From positions 512,001-576,000 of the forward strand of contig JBDHZC010000002.1 in assembly GCA_039811685.1 (NCBI GenBank): DNA of 64,000 nucleotides, given 5' to 3'. Numbering within the stretch: position 1 is the stretch's first letter; every line of letters starts with the position of its first letter. The DNA is from Armatimonadota bacterium. Its GTDB lineage: Bacteria; Armatimonadota; UBA5829; DSUL01. A model generated the notes under the pieces. The model saw only the letters and a program-made list of their open reading frames with translations, did not search any database and was not told the origin of the DNA. The position numbers and the translations under genes are program-made. Positions 1 through 12,400 of the stretch are shown piece after piece.

Positions 1-71
1 GCAGGAAGATTGCTCAGAACAAGCGCAACAATCAGCACGCGGGCTATAGCGGCGCGCAGAGAACGGGCCAT
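1..71 (-). CDS. N-terminal fragment of a probable secreted protein running off the window edge
   Basis: Open minus-strand frame MARSLRAAIARVLIVALVLSNLP..., a basic N-region plus hydrophobic stretch typical of a Sec signal peptide. Only ~23 codons are visible. Confidence 0.4.
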   Translation of the reverse strand, partial: MARSLRAAIARVLIVALVLSNLP

Positions 72-194
72 ACGCCATCTTCTGTGTCCGCTGACAGGCC
101 ACAGGCTGAAACCGGCGGCGGACTTCACAGGCGAAAGCGCCTCATGCAACTGTCGTATCACTCGAATAGCAAAACCTTTCTTCTTTTCTCCTGG

Positions 195-752
195 TCAGAC
201 CACTCCGTCCAGCTTGCGCCGCAGAATTGCCCTTGCCCGCGCCAGACGAGTTTTCACAAGCTCCACACTGATCCCGGCAGCCTCGGCGATCTCTTGGTAC
301 GTCAGACCCTGCAGATCCCGCAAGACGCTGACGACCCGGTAATCTCCAGGCAGGGAATCTATGGCTCGACGGATTCTCTCAGAAAGTTGAGCACTTTGTA
401 AAGCCGCTTCCGGCGTGGGCTCTGACGATTCCAGAGTCTCCACTTCAACAGGCTCATCACTCCAGTGCTCGCGGTCTCTGGCGCGATTGCGGCACAGATT
501 GATCGCTATCTGACACAGCCACGTATAAGGCGCCGAGCGCCCTTCAAAGCCGTCCCAGCTTCTGAACGCGCGCACGAATGTCTCCTGTGTGACGTCCCAG
601 GCGTCGTCAGGGTTACGGACGAGACGCAGAGCAAGATTATAAACCTTGCGGTCGTATTGCGCGACTAGCTCTTCAAAGCTCTCTGTTGAGCCGCGGGACA
701 AATCTGTGCGCTTGTCCACGGTCTTTTCCCCATCGTCTTCAACTTGCTGCAA
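195..752 (-). CDS. ECF-family sigma-70 RNA polymerase sigma factor
   Basis: Region 2 (FEELVAQYDRKVYNLALRL...DAWDVTQETFVRAF...TWLCQIAINLCRN) and region 4 (LRDLQGLTYQEIAEAAGISVELVKTRLARAR); 185 aa. Confidence 0.93.
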   Translation of the reverse strand: MQQVEDDGEKTVDKRTDLSRGSTESFEELVAQYDRKVYNLALRLVRNPDDAWDVTQETFVRAFRSWDGFEGRSAPYTWLCQIAINLCRNRARDREHWSDEPVEVETLESSEPTPEAALQSAQLSERIRRAIDSLPGDYRVVSVLRDLQGLTYQEIAEAAGISVELVKTRLARARAILRRKLDGVV

Positions 753-911
753 GATGTCGTCCGTTGTCCGGATGCCTTTTTGCCAGAGCGTTCAGTCTCG
801 CGGCCTCCGGGCTGTAGCCCGCCCTCGCGGCGACTGTGCCGTTGGGATGATGGTTAAACTACAGTGTGCGTGCATGCAAACAGCGCTTCATCGCTGCGCA
901 CAAGCCACCTC

Positions 912-3900
912 CTAAAAACCCAGAGAGCCTTCAATTCCAATGGAGGTCATATCGAAGCGGTTGCGCCCGTACGTCAGGCGCAGCCGATCCGTCACGTCAT
1001 AGAGCAGCTTCCACTCCTCCTGCTCCTGCGCCGCTTCCAGTGACCGCCAGTACTGGATGCTCACCCCGTCAAACAACTTCCGCCGGAGCATGACGTTCAT
1101 TGGCTCGTACTGGCCAAACCCGAACGTCACCTCCTGAAAACCAAGCGCTTCAGCGATAGCGGACTCAACCGGTTCCAGCACACCAGGCGCTATATTCGCT
1201 GTGAACAGCCTCGCAACCTCTTTCTCAAAGCCGCCCTGAGAGTCGAATCCGCTCGGGCCGACCCCCGCGCGCTCCCCCAGAAGCGCAAAAATCCTGTTGG
1301 TCTCCAGCCCGGGAGGATAGCTCTGGAAAGTCACTTTGGGGTCTTCAGGAGACCCGCTGGCGTGCATCTCCACACGGTAAGAGGTTCCGCTGAAGGCTGT
1401 GGAAGCCAGACCTGAGGATATCTGGGTCTCTGCACGGATATCCATAGTCACCCGCGCCCCTTCCGGAGCATCGTAGTGATAACTGAGCTTTCCGACCGGC
1501 ACCACGCGAAAACGCGTCCCTGGAAACAGCAGATACCCGCTGAGCACGTCCAGATTGCCCGTCACCAGCGGATCCTGCAACGTCTGCGCGACTCGAAGCT
1601 GTCCGCGCACGTCCACATTCATGCGCGGCCCCCTGGCTTTCATACGGTCTCCCGCCACAAGCGACAGGTCAAATGTCGGATTGAAGGCAAATCTGAGGGC
1701 CTGCTCTGGTTTCTCAGGCAGCGTGGGCATCCCGACAACGCCATTTTGCAGGGTGATGCGACCGGCAATCAGAGGATGCATCGGAGATCCGGACGCCTGG
1801 AGGTTCATATTGAGCTTGCCGTTGTAGGACTCATCGAAGCTGCGAGTGACGTTTCTCAGCTTCAAACCCATGTTCTCAGCCTGCGCAGAGGCGTTCAGTG
1901 CCCATCCCTTGTCTGTTGAGCGCGCCCCGCCCGTCACACTCAATACTCCGCCATCCGAAGAGCGCATCGTGAAGCGCTCGATATTCACCTGATCTCCCTG
2001 CAGAAGAATGTTGACGTTCACGTCGCCAAAGACTGTGGCCATATTCTTGACTGCAAGCGTGCCGCCGTCCACACTAATCAAACCGTTGAGTTGTGGTGAA
2101 GGCCACTTGCCCGTCACATCTACGCGGGCCACCATGTCGCCGCTGGTGCGCTCGGTGTCTATGCGGCTGGTTATGAGGCTCAGCGTCTTCAGTGTCGGGT
2201 TCACGGCCTGCGCGTGTATGTCGAACTCACCGCCTTCGACAAACGACAACGTAGACAGACTGAACGGAGCCGTGCCTTCAATCCGGATACGCTGATCCGA
2301 GCTGACCAGCGTGCTCTCAGCGACATTGATGGAGTGGGCGTCCGCGATGATCTGACCAGTCGTGAAGCGTTCGATCGGCAGGCCGGCAATGTTTGCGCCA
2401 CTCACCGTCAGCGATCCGACCGCCTTCGGATCGGAGAGAGTGCCACTTGCCTCAAAGCTGAAGTCCGCCGTTCCCGCTGCATCCGACACTCCCTTGATGA
2501 CCGGGATACGGCTCAACTCTACGTTGTGACCTTCCACATCCGCCGTCAGCTCACCGCTTCGCGCCAGAGAACCTGAGGCGGTAATCAGCATATCGTGGTC
2601 TTCAATCTGCAGACTGTGCACGGTGGTCCCCATTGGGCCAGTGGACGCCTTCACATTCACCTGTCCGAGCGGTGTGCCCCACGCCTGCAGCGCATTGATG
2701 TTCCAATCCGCCACGACCAGCGTGCCGCCTGTCTGGCGCGTCACGGAAACTGTGCCGGCAAGCGATCCCTGCACACGCTCCGGCGCCTGCAGCGCCAGAT
2801 CGCGCACTCTTGAATCGCTCAGATCAGCCAGGACTCCCAGCCCGCGTACCATCGCCAGCAGCCGAACGAGATCGACCCGGCCCGTGTCAGTCTCGCTCTG
2901 TCCAATTCGCAGCCTCGCTGAGAGTACCCCGGCTGTGTCCGGGTCTGTGCTGATCTTCACGTCCTCCACACTCATCCGGCCCCCGGCGACGGACAGGACC
3001 GCTGCGTCCACCTCAAGCAGGTTGTCCCGCCACACTATCTCACTGCGAGATACGCCGAGTTGCTCACCACCCGCGCCGAGATCGGACCCGGTAAGGCTTG
3101 CCGACACAACGGGACCCGCGCTATCGCCACCCACATGACCAAACACATCCACAGTACCGGAGACCGGCATCTGCCGGTTCATAGCCAGAAAAGCCACGTC
3201 ACCAAGCGGCATGCCCTCCAGACGAAAGTCGAAGTCCAGAGACTTGTCACGCCCAACGGTTCCCGTAGCAATCAGGGTCGCCTGGCCGCGCGTAGCCTGC
3301 AGGTTATCCAGGGTTAGCGTACCGCGGTCGAAGCTGCCGCGTGCGTTGACGTAGGAGGCCGAGTAAGTCCTGTAGCGTGCGCCCTCGATAGTAAAGTCAA
3401 AATCAGCCCGCAGAGATCTCAGAGGACCGCTGACATTTTTGAGCTCGCCGGATACCTGCCCCTGCATATCCGCAAACGCCGGAGCCACTGTCGCAAAATC
3501 CTGTGCGCTCAAAGAAGCAATACTGGCAGTAAGCTGGAGTCTGGGTTGGGCGGACAGTGGCTCTATCACATCGCCAACTATCGTGAACTCACTTTGCTTG
3601 CCCGTAACTGTCAGTCCCGGCGTGCTGATGCGATGGCGCGAGGCTGTCAGGTCTCCGCTGATTGAATCCAGGGCATGCCCCTGATAGACGGCATCCAGAA
3701 TCTGCACTCGCCCCTCAAAGCTCGGACTCGACAAAGAGCCGAGGACGCGCCCGTCAGCGCTCAACCATCCCGATACGCCGTCTGTCTGCGATGCGCCGAG
3801 AATATCGCGAGCGCTCAAGCCCACAGCCGTCACGTTGAGATTGACCGGCCCGTTGAGCGCCACTTCACCAGATGCCGTCACAAACCCGCGAGGCGTGGAC

Positions 3901-5489
3901 ACAAGCAGCGACTCTACACTGATCTTCCGGCCTGCCAGATGAGCCCTGCCAACTGCGGAGGTGGCGTGGCGGCCATAGACGACCGGGTTCTGGACGTGAA
4001 AGCTGACAGCGCCGCCCGGACGTCCGTCCGCCAGAGTCACCACCGCGTTGCCGGACGCCCTGCCTTTGAGATGAGTGTCAAGCTGCGCCAGTGAGACGTT
4101 GTCAAAACGAGCCTGCCCCTGCAGACGGGGGCGGCCCATGAGAACCTGTGCTGTCCCTGACCCGGACACAGTCCCACCACCGATCTTCGCTGAAAACGAT
4201 GGTAAGCTCAGTTTTCCCTCAGCAAATGTAAACGAAGCTCGAGTATCACTGAAAGAACGGCCGGAGTACGATAGGTGCGGAATTTGCGCCTGCCCGCTGA
4301 GCATCAGAGCGGACAACGGTCCCCTGGCGCGAACGGCGAGTGGACCCCTTCCGCCCACTCGCACGTCTCCGGTCGCCGCAGCGGCTGGCGCCAGTGATTT
4401 CAGGCGGCTGTAGTCGGCTTGAGAGGTGACCAGGTCAATCCAGACCGTCGGCTTTGCCAGTGAGAGTACGGCGCCCTTCACGCGCCACTGTGTCCCCGCC
4501 GCGCGAGCAGAGCCGTCAACTCTCAGATAGTCAGCGCCCGCAAGAGCTACCGAGGCATTCACACTTTCCAGCCGCGGTAGATGGCCTGGAAGCTGAACGG
4601 CAGCCTCACGCATCTGCCCTTCCACCCACACGTGCGTGGTTGGTTTCGGCTTTGTGCGCCTCGTGAGAAGCAACCGGCCGCTGAGAGTTCCGCTGTACAG
4701 ATGCAGGTCTGGCGATGCGCCAAGAAACGGGTCGAGGAAAGGCAGCGACACCCGCTGGCCCTGGACGTCTACTACCAGGCCGCCTTTGTAGCCGAACGCC
4801 CCTTCTACCTCAACTTTTTCCGAAGCGTTTGTCCGGGAGACGGTTCCGGAAAACTCACCGCCGTCAGGAGCCTGCAAGCTTATACGAGCACTCACGCCGC
4901 TGGAGAGCAGATGGAGCGGTGCTTTCGTCTTTGAGGTCAGCGCATGGTCAACGTAGCGCACCTGCCCATCGGAGACAGTAATGACGCCGTGAAAACGCTT
5001 CTTCACCCGTCCTTTCGGGCGAAACGCCTCCTGGTAGTTCAGTCTGCCACTCCTGTCGCGCTCCAGATAGACGACCGGACCGACAATGTTAACTGAACTG
5101 ACGGTAGAAGCGGGAGCGTCGAGATTGCGCAGCATGTCCACGAGGCTGTAGCGCGCTGAGGCCCGCCGTGCCGTGAGCAGTGTGCCAAAGCTCTGCTTGC
5201 TGATGCGCAGTCCACGCACTTCGATCTGCCACGGGGAAGCGCTGGCGACACTGTCAACCGTTACCTGTGCGTCAAGAGCCGCAGAGACCTCCACCGCAAT
5301 GGCCTGCCAGAGCAGTCCGCGCGAGCGATCGAACTCGCGATGGGCGATCAGAACGCACAGCGCCAAAAATAGGATGGGAGGAATCACCGCCACCAGACGG
5401 GAGACCGTCCAGAGGCCGCGGTTGAAAAATGCTCTCACGGTGTACACCAGCCGCGGCTGCCTGCCAAGCCTGTAGGCCGCGAATACCAA
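912..5489 (-). CDS. TamB/AsmA-like translocation and assembly module protein
   Basis: ~1500 aa beta-rich repetitive protein with an N-terminal TM segment. The C-terminal region resembles TamB/DUF490 (G.L.V..T..DP...G.L....G..F.G..F; ASGSPEDPKVTFQSYPPG; ends in an aromatic F). Start codon uncertain. Confidence 0.8.
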   Translation of the reverse strand: MVFAAYRLGRQPRLVYTVRAFFNRGLWTVSRLVAVIPPILFLALCVLIAHREFDRSRGLLWQAIAVEVSAALDAQVTVDSVASASPWQIEVRGLRISKQSFGTLLTARRASARYSLVDMLRNLDAPASTVSSVNIVGPVVYLERDRSGRLNYQEAFRPKGRVKKRFHGVITVSDGQVRYVDHALTSKTKAPLHLLSSGVSARISLQAPDGGEFSGTVSRTNASEKVEVEGAFGYKGGLVVDVQGQRVSLPFLDPFLGASPDLHLYSGTLSGRLLLTRRTKPKPTTHVWVEGQMREAAVQLPGHLPRLESVNASVALAGADYLRVDGSARAAGTQWRVKGAVLSLAKPTVWIDLVTSQADYSRLKSLAPAAAATGDVRVGGRGPLAVRARGPLSALMLSGQAQIPHLSYSGRSFSDTRASFTFAEGKLSLPSFSAKIGGGTVSGSGTAQVLMGRPRLQGQARFDNVSLAQLDTHLKGRASGNAVVTLADGRPGGAVSFHVQNPVVYGRHATSAVGRAHLAGRKISVESLLVSTPRGFVTASGEVALNGPVNLNVTAVGLSARDILGASQTDGVSGWLSADGRVLGSLSSPSFEGRVQILDAVYQGHALDSISGDLTASRHRISTPGLTVTGKQSEFTIVGDVIEPLSAQPRLQLTASIASLSAQDFATVAPAFADMQGQVSGELKNVSGPLRSLRADFDFTIEGARYRTYSASYVNARGSFDRGTLTLDNLQATRGQATLIATGTVGRDKSLDFDFRLEGMPLGDVAFLAMNRQMPVSGTVDVFGHVGGDSAGPVVSASLTGSDLGAGGEQLGVSRSEIVWRDNLLEVDAAVLSVAGGRMSVEDVKISTDPDTAGVLSARLRIGQSETDTGRVDLVRLLAMVRGLGVLADLSDSRVRDLALQAPERVQGSLAGTVSVTRQTGGTLVVADWNINALQAWGTPLGQVNVKASTGPMGTTVHSLQIEDHDMLITASGSLARSGELTADVEGHNVELSRIPVIKGVSDAAGTADFSFEASGTLSDPKAVGSLTVSGANIAGLPIERFTTGQIIADAHSINVAESTLVSSDQRIRIEGTAPFSLSTLSFVEGGEFDIHAQAVNPTLKTLSLITSRIDTERTSGDMVARVDVTGKWPSPQLNGLISVDGGTLAVKNMATVFGDVNVNILLQGDQVNIERFTMRSSDGGVLSVTGGARSTDKGWALNASAQAENMGLKLRNVTRSFDESYNGKLNMNLQASGSPMHPLIAGRITLQNGVVGMPTLPEKPEQALRFAFNPTFDLSLVAGDRMKARGPRMNVDVRGQLRVAQTLQDPLVTGNLDVLSGYLLFPGTRFRVVPVGKLSYHYDAPEGARVTMDIRAETQISSGLASTAFSGTSYRVEMHASGSPEDPKVTFQSYPPGLETNRIFALLGERAGVGPSGFDSQGGFEKEVARLFTANIAPGVLEPVESAIAEALGFQEVTFGFGQYEPMNVMLRRKLFDGVSIQYWRSLEAAQEQEEWKLLYDVTDRLRLTYGRNRFDMTSIGIEGSLGF

Positions 5490-5552
5490 GCAGTATATAC
5501 GTAAGCTCTTTGACGGTCAAACAGATTGTGAAGTTACACAGTGAGAGGTGTC

Positions 5553-6293
5553 TCAGGAGAGCTCAACAGTGCGCGCCAGAGCCAGCATACGCACTGAAGA
5601 CGCTTCGAGAGCTTTCAGTTTGGCCGCAAGCGCATCCGCCGTCGCCCCAGTGGTGACGACGTCATCTACAAGCAGAATCCGCATACCTCGGATATCAGGA
5701 GGGTTTCTCCGAGCGCCGTAAATTCTGTGGGCGTTTTCCAGACGCTGTTGCCTGGACAAACCCATCTGCCCCGGCCCTCTCAGACGCCTGAGAGGCTGTA
5801 AAAGGGGCAGTTCCAGAAAGCGCGCGACGCGCAGCGCCAGCTCGTGTGAGTGATGAAACCCCAGCTCCCAGCCACGCGCCCGGGAGCCCGGCACAGCCAC
5901 TACCGCATCGAACTCTCTCCACTTCGCCGACGAGCCCTCCAGCCACGCGGTCAGCATCTCGCCCAGCGGGTCAGCCAGACACTTCATCCCATCGTACTTA
6001 TAGCGGTGGATGGCGCGTCTGAGAGCGCCTTCGAAAATCGCAGTCTGGCGCAGGGAGTCGCACGGACGCGCGCTGGCCCACGGCGCTTCTCCGCAGTCCG
6101 GACAGCGGCGCGATGCTTCCGGACGCCCGCATCGAGCGCAAATCTCTCCGGCCATAGGCGTCCTGCTGGAAGCGCATCTCTCGCACAGGAAAGCTCCCCT
6201 GGCGGAAGAACAGACGCAGCACACCGGAGGCCACAGCAGATCACACACGCCTGCCGCAGCTTCACGCAGGGTGTCAACGACAGACACACTCAC
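5553..6293 (-). CDS. comF: ComF family protein (double zinc ribbon + PRTase-like domain)
   Basis: CxxC pairs (CCVC, CERC, CARC, CPDC), AIHRYKY, and the PRPP loop ILLVDDVVTTGAT. Confidence 0.9.
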   Translation of the reverse strand: MSVSVVDTLREAAAGVCDLLWPPVCCVCSSARGAFLCERCASSRTPMAGEICARCGRPEASRRCPDCGEAPWASARPCDSLRQTAIFEGALRRAIHRYKYDGMKCLADPLGEMLTAWLEGSSAKWREFDAVVAVPGSRARGWELGFHHSHELALRVARFLELPLLQPLRRLRGPGQMGLSRQQRLENAHRIYGARRNPPDIRGMRILLVDDVVTTGATADALAAKLKALEASSVRMLALARTVELS

Positions 6294-6483
6294 GAGTCTA
6301 TCCGCTCAGCCGCCGCTGCGCCGGTGGCGAGGGTGATACCGCGCAAGGCGCGCACTTTACCCGTCCCTTCTGCGGACGGATCCGGCATTGAAAATTGGCG
6401 CAAACAGGCTACGGGCAGCCACAGACTCCTGTCCTCCCTCACGCAGATTTGGACAGCGCGTGGAGACTCACCTCCGCGAAGCG

Positions 6484-9400
6484 CTACTCTATGTCAGACT
6501 GACGCCTTGGCCTGAGAACACTGCGATAACCGCCGGAGGCTGGTTCCATAGATATGACACCTGTCACCGTAACCATCTGTCCGATAGCCGGAGGCGTGAT
6601 CACTTGCCCACTGGCCAGCCCGCTGAAGCTCACTTTGATGCCGCTTCCACCCGCGGGGTCGCTCACGCCGGAGCCATCGTCCATCACCCAGTACCCGGCA
6701 TCAATGGCTGTGATGCGCCCTGTGGTTTTGCACAGCAGTCCGATACTGTTCAGGCCGTTGCCGCCGGTGACACCGGGCTGTCCGGAGGCGGGTGGTCCAC
6801 CGCCGAGGTCTTTGTTGCGCATAACAACCGGAGCTATCTGCTGCGCGCTGTTGGTAATCTGGAGCGTGCTCAGGCGGATAGCGCGTTCACCACCTGAGTT
6901 TATAAGGGCGCCTGCAATGCTGACTTCCGAGCCTTCCGAGGGCATTACCTGGCCGGTCGGAACCACCTTGATGGCCGCTCCTCTGCTCGGCTCCTCCACA
7001 TAGAAGCAGTCCGCGTAAACAGCCGTTACAATCTTGCCCGCCAGATTCACAACCACACCGTCCGAATTGAGCTTCGCCTGCCCGATATTCTGCTGCGCCG
7101 CTGACTGCACAACCAGAATACCGTCTGAGAATCCTGTCGCGCTCCAGATGCGTGCGCCATTTCGCGCGGTGGCCGAGAAGTAGTACACCACACCCGGCGT
7201 CAGATCCAGATCGGAGCGGGTCACAGATGTTTGAGTTCCCACGCTTGTCCAGGGTATCACGTCGTCTGTTCCGGGCCACGTGCCGATAGCGTAGCGGTAC
7301 TCGACGACACCGGACTCGGGATCGGAAGAAGACCACGAAGCAGACAGAGTTGTCAGACTGGTTGTCGCCGCGCCTGTGTCAAGGACGGTCGGCGTGATCG
7401 GAGGAGTGGAGTCCGCAATGTTGGAATCCTTAAAGTTGAACACTGTGCCGTTGTAGGACGCCACCACAACGCTACCATCGTTGGAGATCACCGGCGACGA
7501 CAGCACCGCATAGCCTGTCTGATACTGCCACTTCAGATTGCCGCCAGTGTCCAGCGCATACACGTGCCCGTCGCCTGAACCGAAATAGATATAGCCGTCC
7601 TGGGAGACCACGGGAGATGAGCGCACCATCCCATTGGCGTCAAACTGCCATTTGACTGTTCCGTTCGGATTCAGCGCCATGAACAGTCCGTAAGACCAGT
7701 CGTTGCCGAATCCCACATACACCGTACCATCCGGCGTGACCGAGGGTGAGCAGTCTGGCGGCCAACCCATATAGTAGCGCCACTTGAGAGTGCCGTTCGG
7801 ATTCAGCGCGTAGAAATAGCCGTCTCCGGAACCGGCAAATATGGCGCCGTCCGGGCCAATGGCCGGAGAGGCGTCCACCGCGCTGCCCGTCTGGTACTTC
7901 CACTGCAGAGTGCCAGTGGCTGCATCCAGAGCATAAATTGCCCCATCTCCAGACCCGAAATAGATCGAGCCTGTATCGCTGAGCGCTGGTGAAGACCACA
8001 AAGAGCCGCCTGTAGTGTACTTCCACTTCTGGGTGCCGTCCGGGTTCAGGGCGTAGAAAGACCAGTCCTGACAGCCAAAGTACACGGTCTGGTCTGGGGT
8101 GATCAAAGGAGACGACCAGATCGCATCACCCGCATTGAAGCGCCAGCGCAGTTGCCCGTTGGAGGCCAGAGAGTACAGATAGCCGTCGTACGAACCGAAG
8201 AAAACCGTCCCGTTGGCTCCGATTGCGGGTGAGGAGTCCACCGGCCCGTTGGTCTGGTACGTCCACTTCAGCGTGCCATTCCGCGAGATCGCATAGAGTT
8301 TTCCGTCACCACTCCCGTAGTAGATCGTGCCGTCACCGGCGATAGCGGGCGAGGAGTCCAGCCAGCCGTTTACGTTGTACTCCCACATCAGAGCGCCAAC
8401 GCGCGACCCTGACAGATTGCTGATGCCCCTGTTTTTGCTGTCCCCGCGGAACTTGGACCATGTGACGGAGGAGACGTATGTGATGCCATCGCTTACGCCC
8501 ACGGCGCTCCACAACCCAGCCTTGTTGCGCGCCTTGACAGCGAAGTAGTACGTCTGACCCGGGTTCAGACTCAATCCGGAGCGGCTGATCTGTGTCGCCG
8601 CGCCTGCGCTGGTGAAAGGCACAACATCCGTACCGCCAGGCGAGGTTCCGATAGCGTACTGAAACTCGGCGATGCCGCCCTGAGGATCTGAAGCGCTCCA
8701 CGAAGCCTGCAGGAAATCTCCGGAAGCTGTCACATCGCCGTCGTCTGTAACCACCGGCGTGCTTGGCGGCGTCGTGTCCACAGCAATACCGTCACTCGTA
8801 CCAACCTGGCTCCACAGATTGACGCTGTTGCGCGCTCGCACCGCAAAATAGTAAACAACGCCTTCAGAGAGACTCAGTCCATTGCGGGTGACAGAAGGCG
8901 TTATGCCGGTTGATGTCCAGTTGACGACACTTGTGCCTCCGGGTGAAGTGCCGATGGCATACTGATATTCGACAATGGCCGTATGCGGCTCAGAAGACGA
9001 CCAGACCGCATGCAGCGTGTTTGTCGAAGAGGTGTACTCCCCGTCATCCGTGACAGCCGGCCTGGACGGCGCGCTGGCGTCAACGGTGATGCCGTTGCTA
9101 GTCCCGACAGCGCTCCACTGACTGGCATTGTTGCGCGCTTTGACAGCAAAGTAATACGTCTGACCGTCCTGAAGGCTCAGACCGGCTCTTGTAACCTGCA
9201 GCGCCGTGCCGGCCGATGTCCAGTTGACCACATCCGTAGCGCCAGAAGTCGTGCCGATGGCGTACTGGTACTCCGCGATACCGCTTTGCGCGTCTGCTGC
9301 GCTCCAGGAAGCGTGCAGCGAGGCGTTCACGGTGGTAAACTCCCCATCATCAATCACTGTCGGAGTGGATGGAGGAGAGGAGTCAATGATTATGCCATCG

Positions 9401-12400
9401 CTGACGCCAACCGCGCTCACTAACCCTGCGCCGTTGGTAGCCCGGACTGAGAAGTAATAGACTCCACCTTCCGTCAGATTCAGGCCACTTCTGGTAACCT
9501 GCGTATCTGTGCCCGCAGATGTCCAGTTGACGACGTTGGTCAACCCGGGCGCTGTCCCGATCGCGTACTCATACTTCGCTATGCCACTCTGCGGGTCGCT
9601 GGCAGCCCATGACGCGTGTAGCGACGTGGCGGAGGAGCTGTAAGCGCCGTCATCAGTGACGGTTGGCTGGGTCGGAGGAGTGCGATCGACAGTGATACCG
9701 TCGCTGACGCCGATGGGACTCATCACACCGACGGCGTTGCGCGCGCGCACAGCAAAGTAGTAGGTGACCCCGTCCTGCAGCGAAAGCCCGGAGCGCGTAA
9801 CGCCCGCCGTCGTACCTGTCGAAGTCCAGTTGACGATGTTGGTAGCGCCGGAGGTCGTCCCAATCGCATACTGATATTCAGTGATGCCACTCACTCCCGG
9901 GTCCGCCGTCCATGTTGCGTGAAGCGTCGTGCCGGACTGAGTGTAATCTCCGTCGTCTGTGACGACCGGCCGCCCAGGACCGCTTGAGTCCACGGTAATT
10001 CCATCGCTGAAACCGGAAGAGCTCCAGTGTCCGGCCTGATTCAAAGCCCGAACCGAGAAATAATAGGTTACGCCGTTTTGCAGGTTGAGACCGGTGGCTT
10101 CCACAAAGCTGTTGGTCCCGGTCGAAGTCCAGTTCACGACGTTGCTGGAGCCCGGGCTGGCGCCGATGGCGTACTGGTACTCAGCAATCCCGCTTTGAGG
10201 GTCTGAGGCGCTCCAGGTAGCGTGGAGTGTATCCGTTGAAGACGTGTAAACTCCGTCATCCGTGACTACGGGAGTCGTAGGCGGCGAGCGGTCAATCGTG
10301 ATACCGTCGCTTGACCCAACCGGCCCGAGCAATCCCGCGCCGTTACGCGCCCGAACGGAGAAGTAGTAGGTGACTCCCTCCGCCAGCGAAAGCCCGGAGC
10401 GAGTGACGGACGTAGTTCCTCCAACTGAGGTCCAGTTGACTACATTTGCCGCGCCAAGCGTAGTGCCGATGGCGTACTGATACTCGATAACGCCACTTTC
10501 AGGGTCTGAAGCGCTCCAGGTTGCGTGCAGGCTGTCTGTGGCGCTGGAGAAGGCGCCATCGTCGGTCACAACCGGGGCGGAGGGCGCGCTGCCGTCCACT
10601 GTGATGCCGTCGCTGACACCAACAGCGCTCCACAGTCCTGCGCCGTTTCTGGCTTTCACGGCGATGTAGTAAACAACTCCGTCCTGTAGCTGCAGGCCTG
10701 TCGCCGTCGCCTGCAGCGCCGTGCCAGCGGATGTCCAGCCCAGAACATTTGTGGCGCCTGGTGTGGTACCAATGGCGTATTGATACTCTGCGATTGCACT
10801 CTGGACATCGGTGGCAATCCAGCTACCGTGAAGCTGATTGCGCTGCGAAGTGTACTGCCCGTCGTCTGTCACCACCGGCGTAGAAGGCGGCGTCAGATCC
10901 AGCCGGATCCCGTCACTCACACCAACAGAGCTCCACAAATCGGCCCCGTTGCGCGCGCGGACGGAAATATAGTAGGTCACCCCGTCCTGCAGAGAAAGCC
11001 CGGTGCGAGTCACCTCTGCCGCGCCGCCCGTCGACGCCCATCCGGTCACTTCCGTTCCCCCAGGTGAGGTGCCGATGGCGTACTGATAATCCGCAATACC
11101 GCTTACCGGGTCCGAGGCGCTCCAGACGGCGTGCAGGGAGTTCGCGCTGGAGGTGAATGCGCCGTCATCCGTCACGACGGGCGCGCCTGGTGGCGTTCTA
11201 TCCACCGTAATCCCATCGCTCTTTCCGACCTGACTCACAAGTCCCGCTCCATTGGTGGCGCGAACGTAAAAATAATAAGTCTGGCCGTCAATCAGCGGGA
11301 GGCCATTTCGCGTTACAGTTGTCGCAGACCCTACCGATGTCCAGCCAACCAGGTCGGGATTGGCGCCACCGGTCCCTATGCCGTATTCATATCCAACAAC
11401 CGCAGAGTGTGGGTCCGAAGACGACCACCACGCCCGCAGCGTGTTCGGCGACGAAGTAAACTGCCCGTCATCTGTAATCAGAGGCGTCGTCGGTGGGCTG
11501 GAATCCACAATCACGCCATCGCTGAAGCCCACCTGACTCAGTTGACCTGCGCCGCTGGTTGCCCGGACAGAAAAGTAGTACGTGGTCCCGTCAGTAAGCG
11601 ACAGCCCCGTAGCTGTGACACTGGTCGCGTTTGTCTGTGTCCAGCCCTTGACGTCCGTCTGACCCTGTCCGGAGCCGATTGCGTACTCGTAGAACGCGAT
11701 ACCGGATTCTGGATCACTGCTTGACCAGGTCGCATGCAGGGAACTGGAGCTCGTGCTGTAGCTGCCATCATCCGTGACAACCGGTGTCGATGGCGGAGTG
11801 CGGTCCAGTTTGATGCCGTCGCTTGTGCCAACGCTGGAAACCAGGCCAGCGGCATTTGTAGCCCGCACGGAGAAATAGTAGGTTACGCCATCCTGGAGAT
11901 TCAGTCCCGCGCGCGTAACGGAAGCTGTTTGTCCGGTAGATGTCCAGCCGACAACATTAACCGCTCCCGGCGATGTACCTATCGCGTACTCGTAGAGTGT
12001 AATGCCGCTTTCAGCGTCTGCCGAAGTCCAGGACGCGTGCAGTGAGGTGCTGAGGTTTGTGTACTGCCCGTCGTCCGTCACCACCGGCGTAGAAGGCGGC
12101 GTGAAGTCCACGGTGATTCCGTCTGAGACGCCGATGTCCGACCAGACGCCTGCGCCGTTTTTGGCCTTTACACTGAAATAGTAGCGTGCGCCGTTGGTCA
12201 GGGCCAGCCCGCTGCGCGTCACCGAAGCAGCCGTGCCAGTTGACGTCCATCCAAGCACGTCCGTACCGCCGGAGGTGGTTCCGATAGCGTACTGGTACTC
12301 GCTGATTCCGGTCTCCGGATCCGAGGCAGACCAGGTCGCGTGCAGAGATGTAGCGCTGGTGCTGTAGCTGCCGTCGTCAACAACGACCGGAGTTGTTGGG

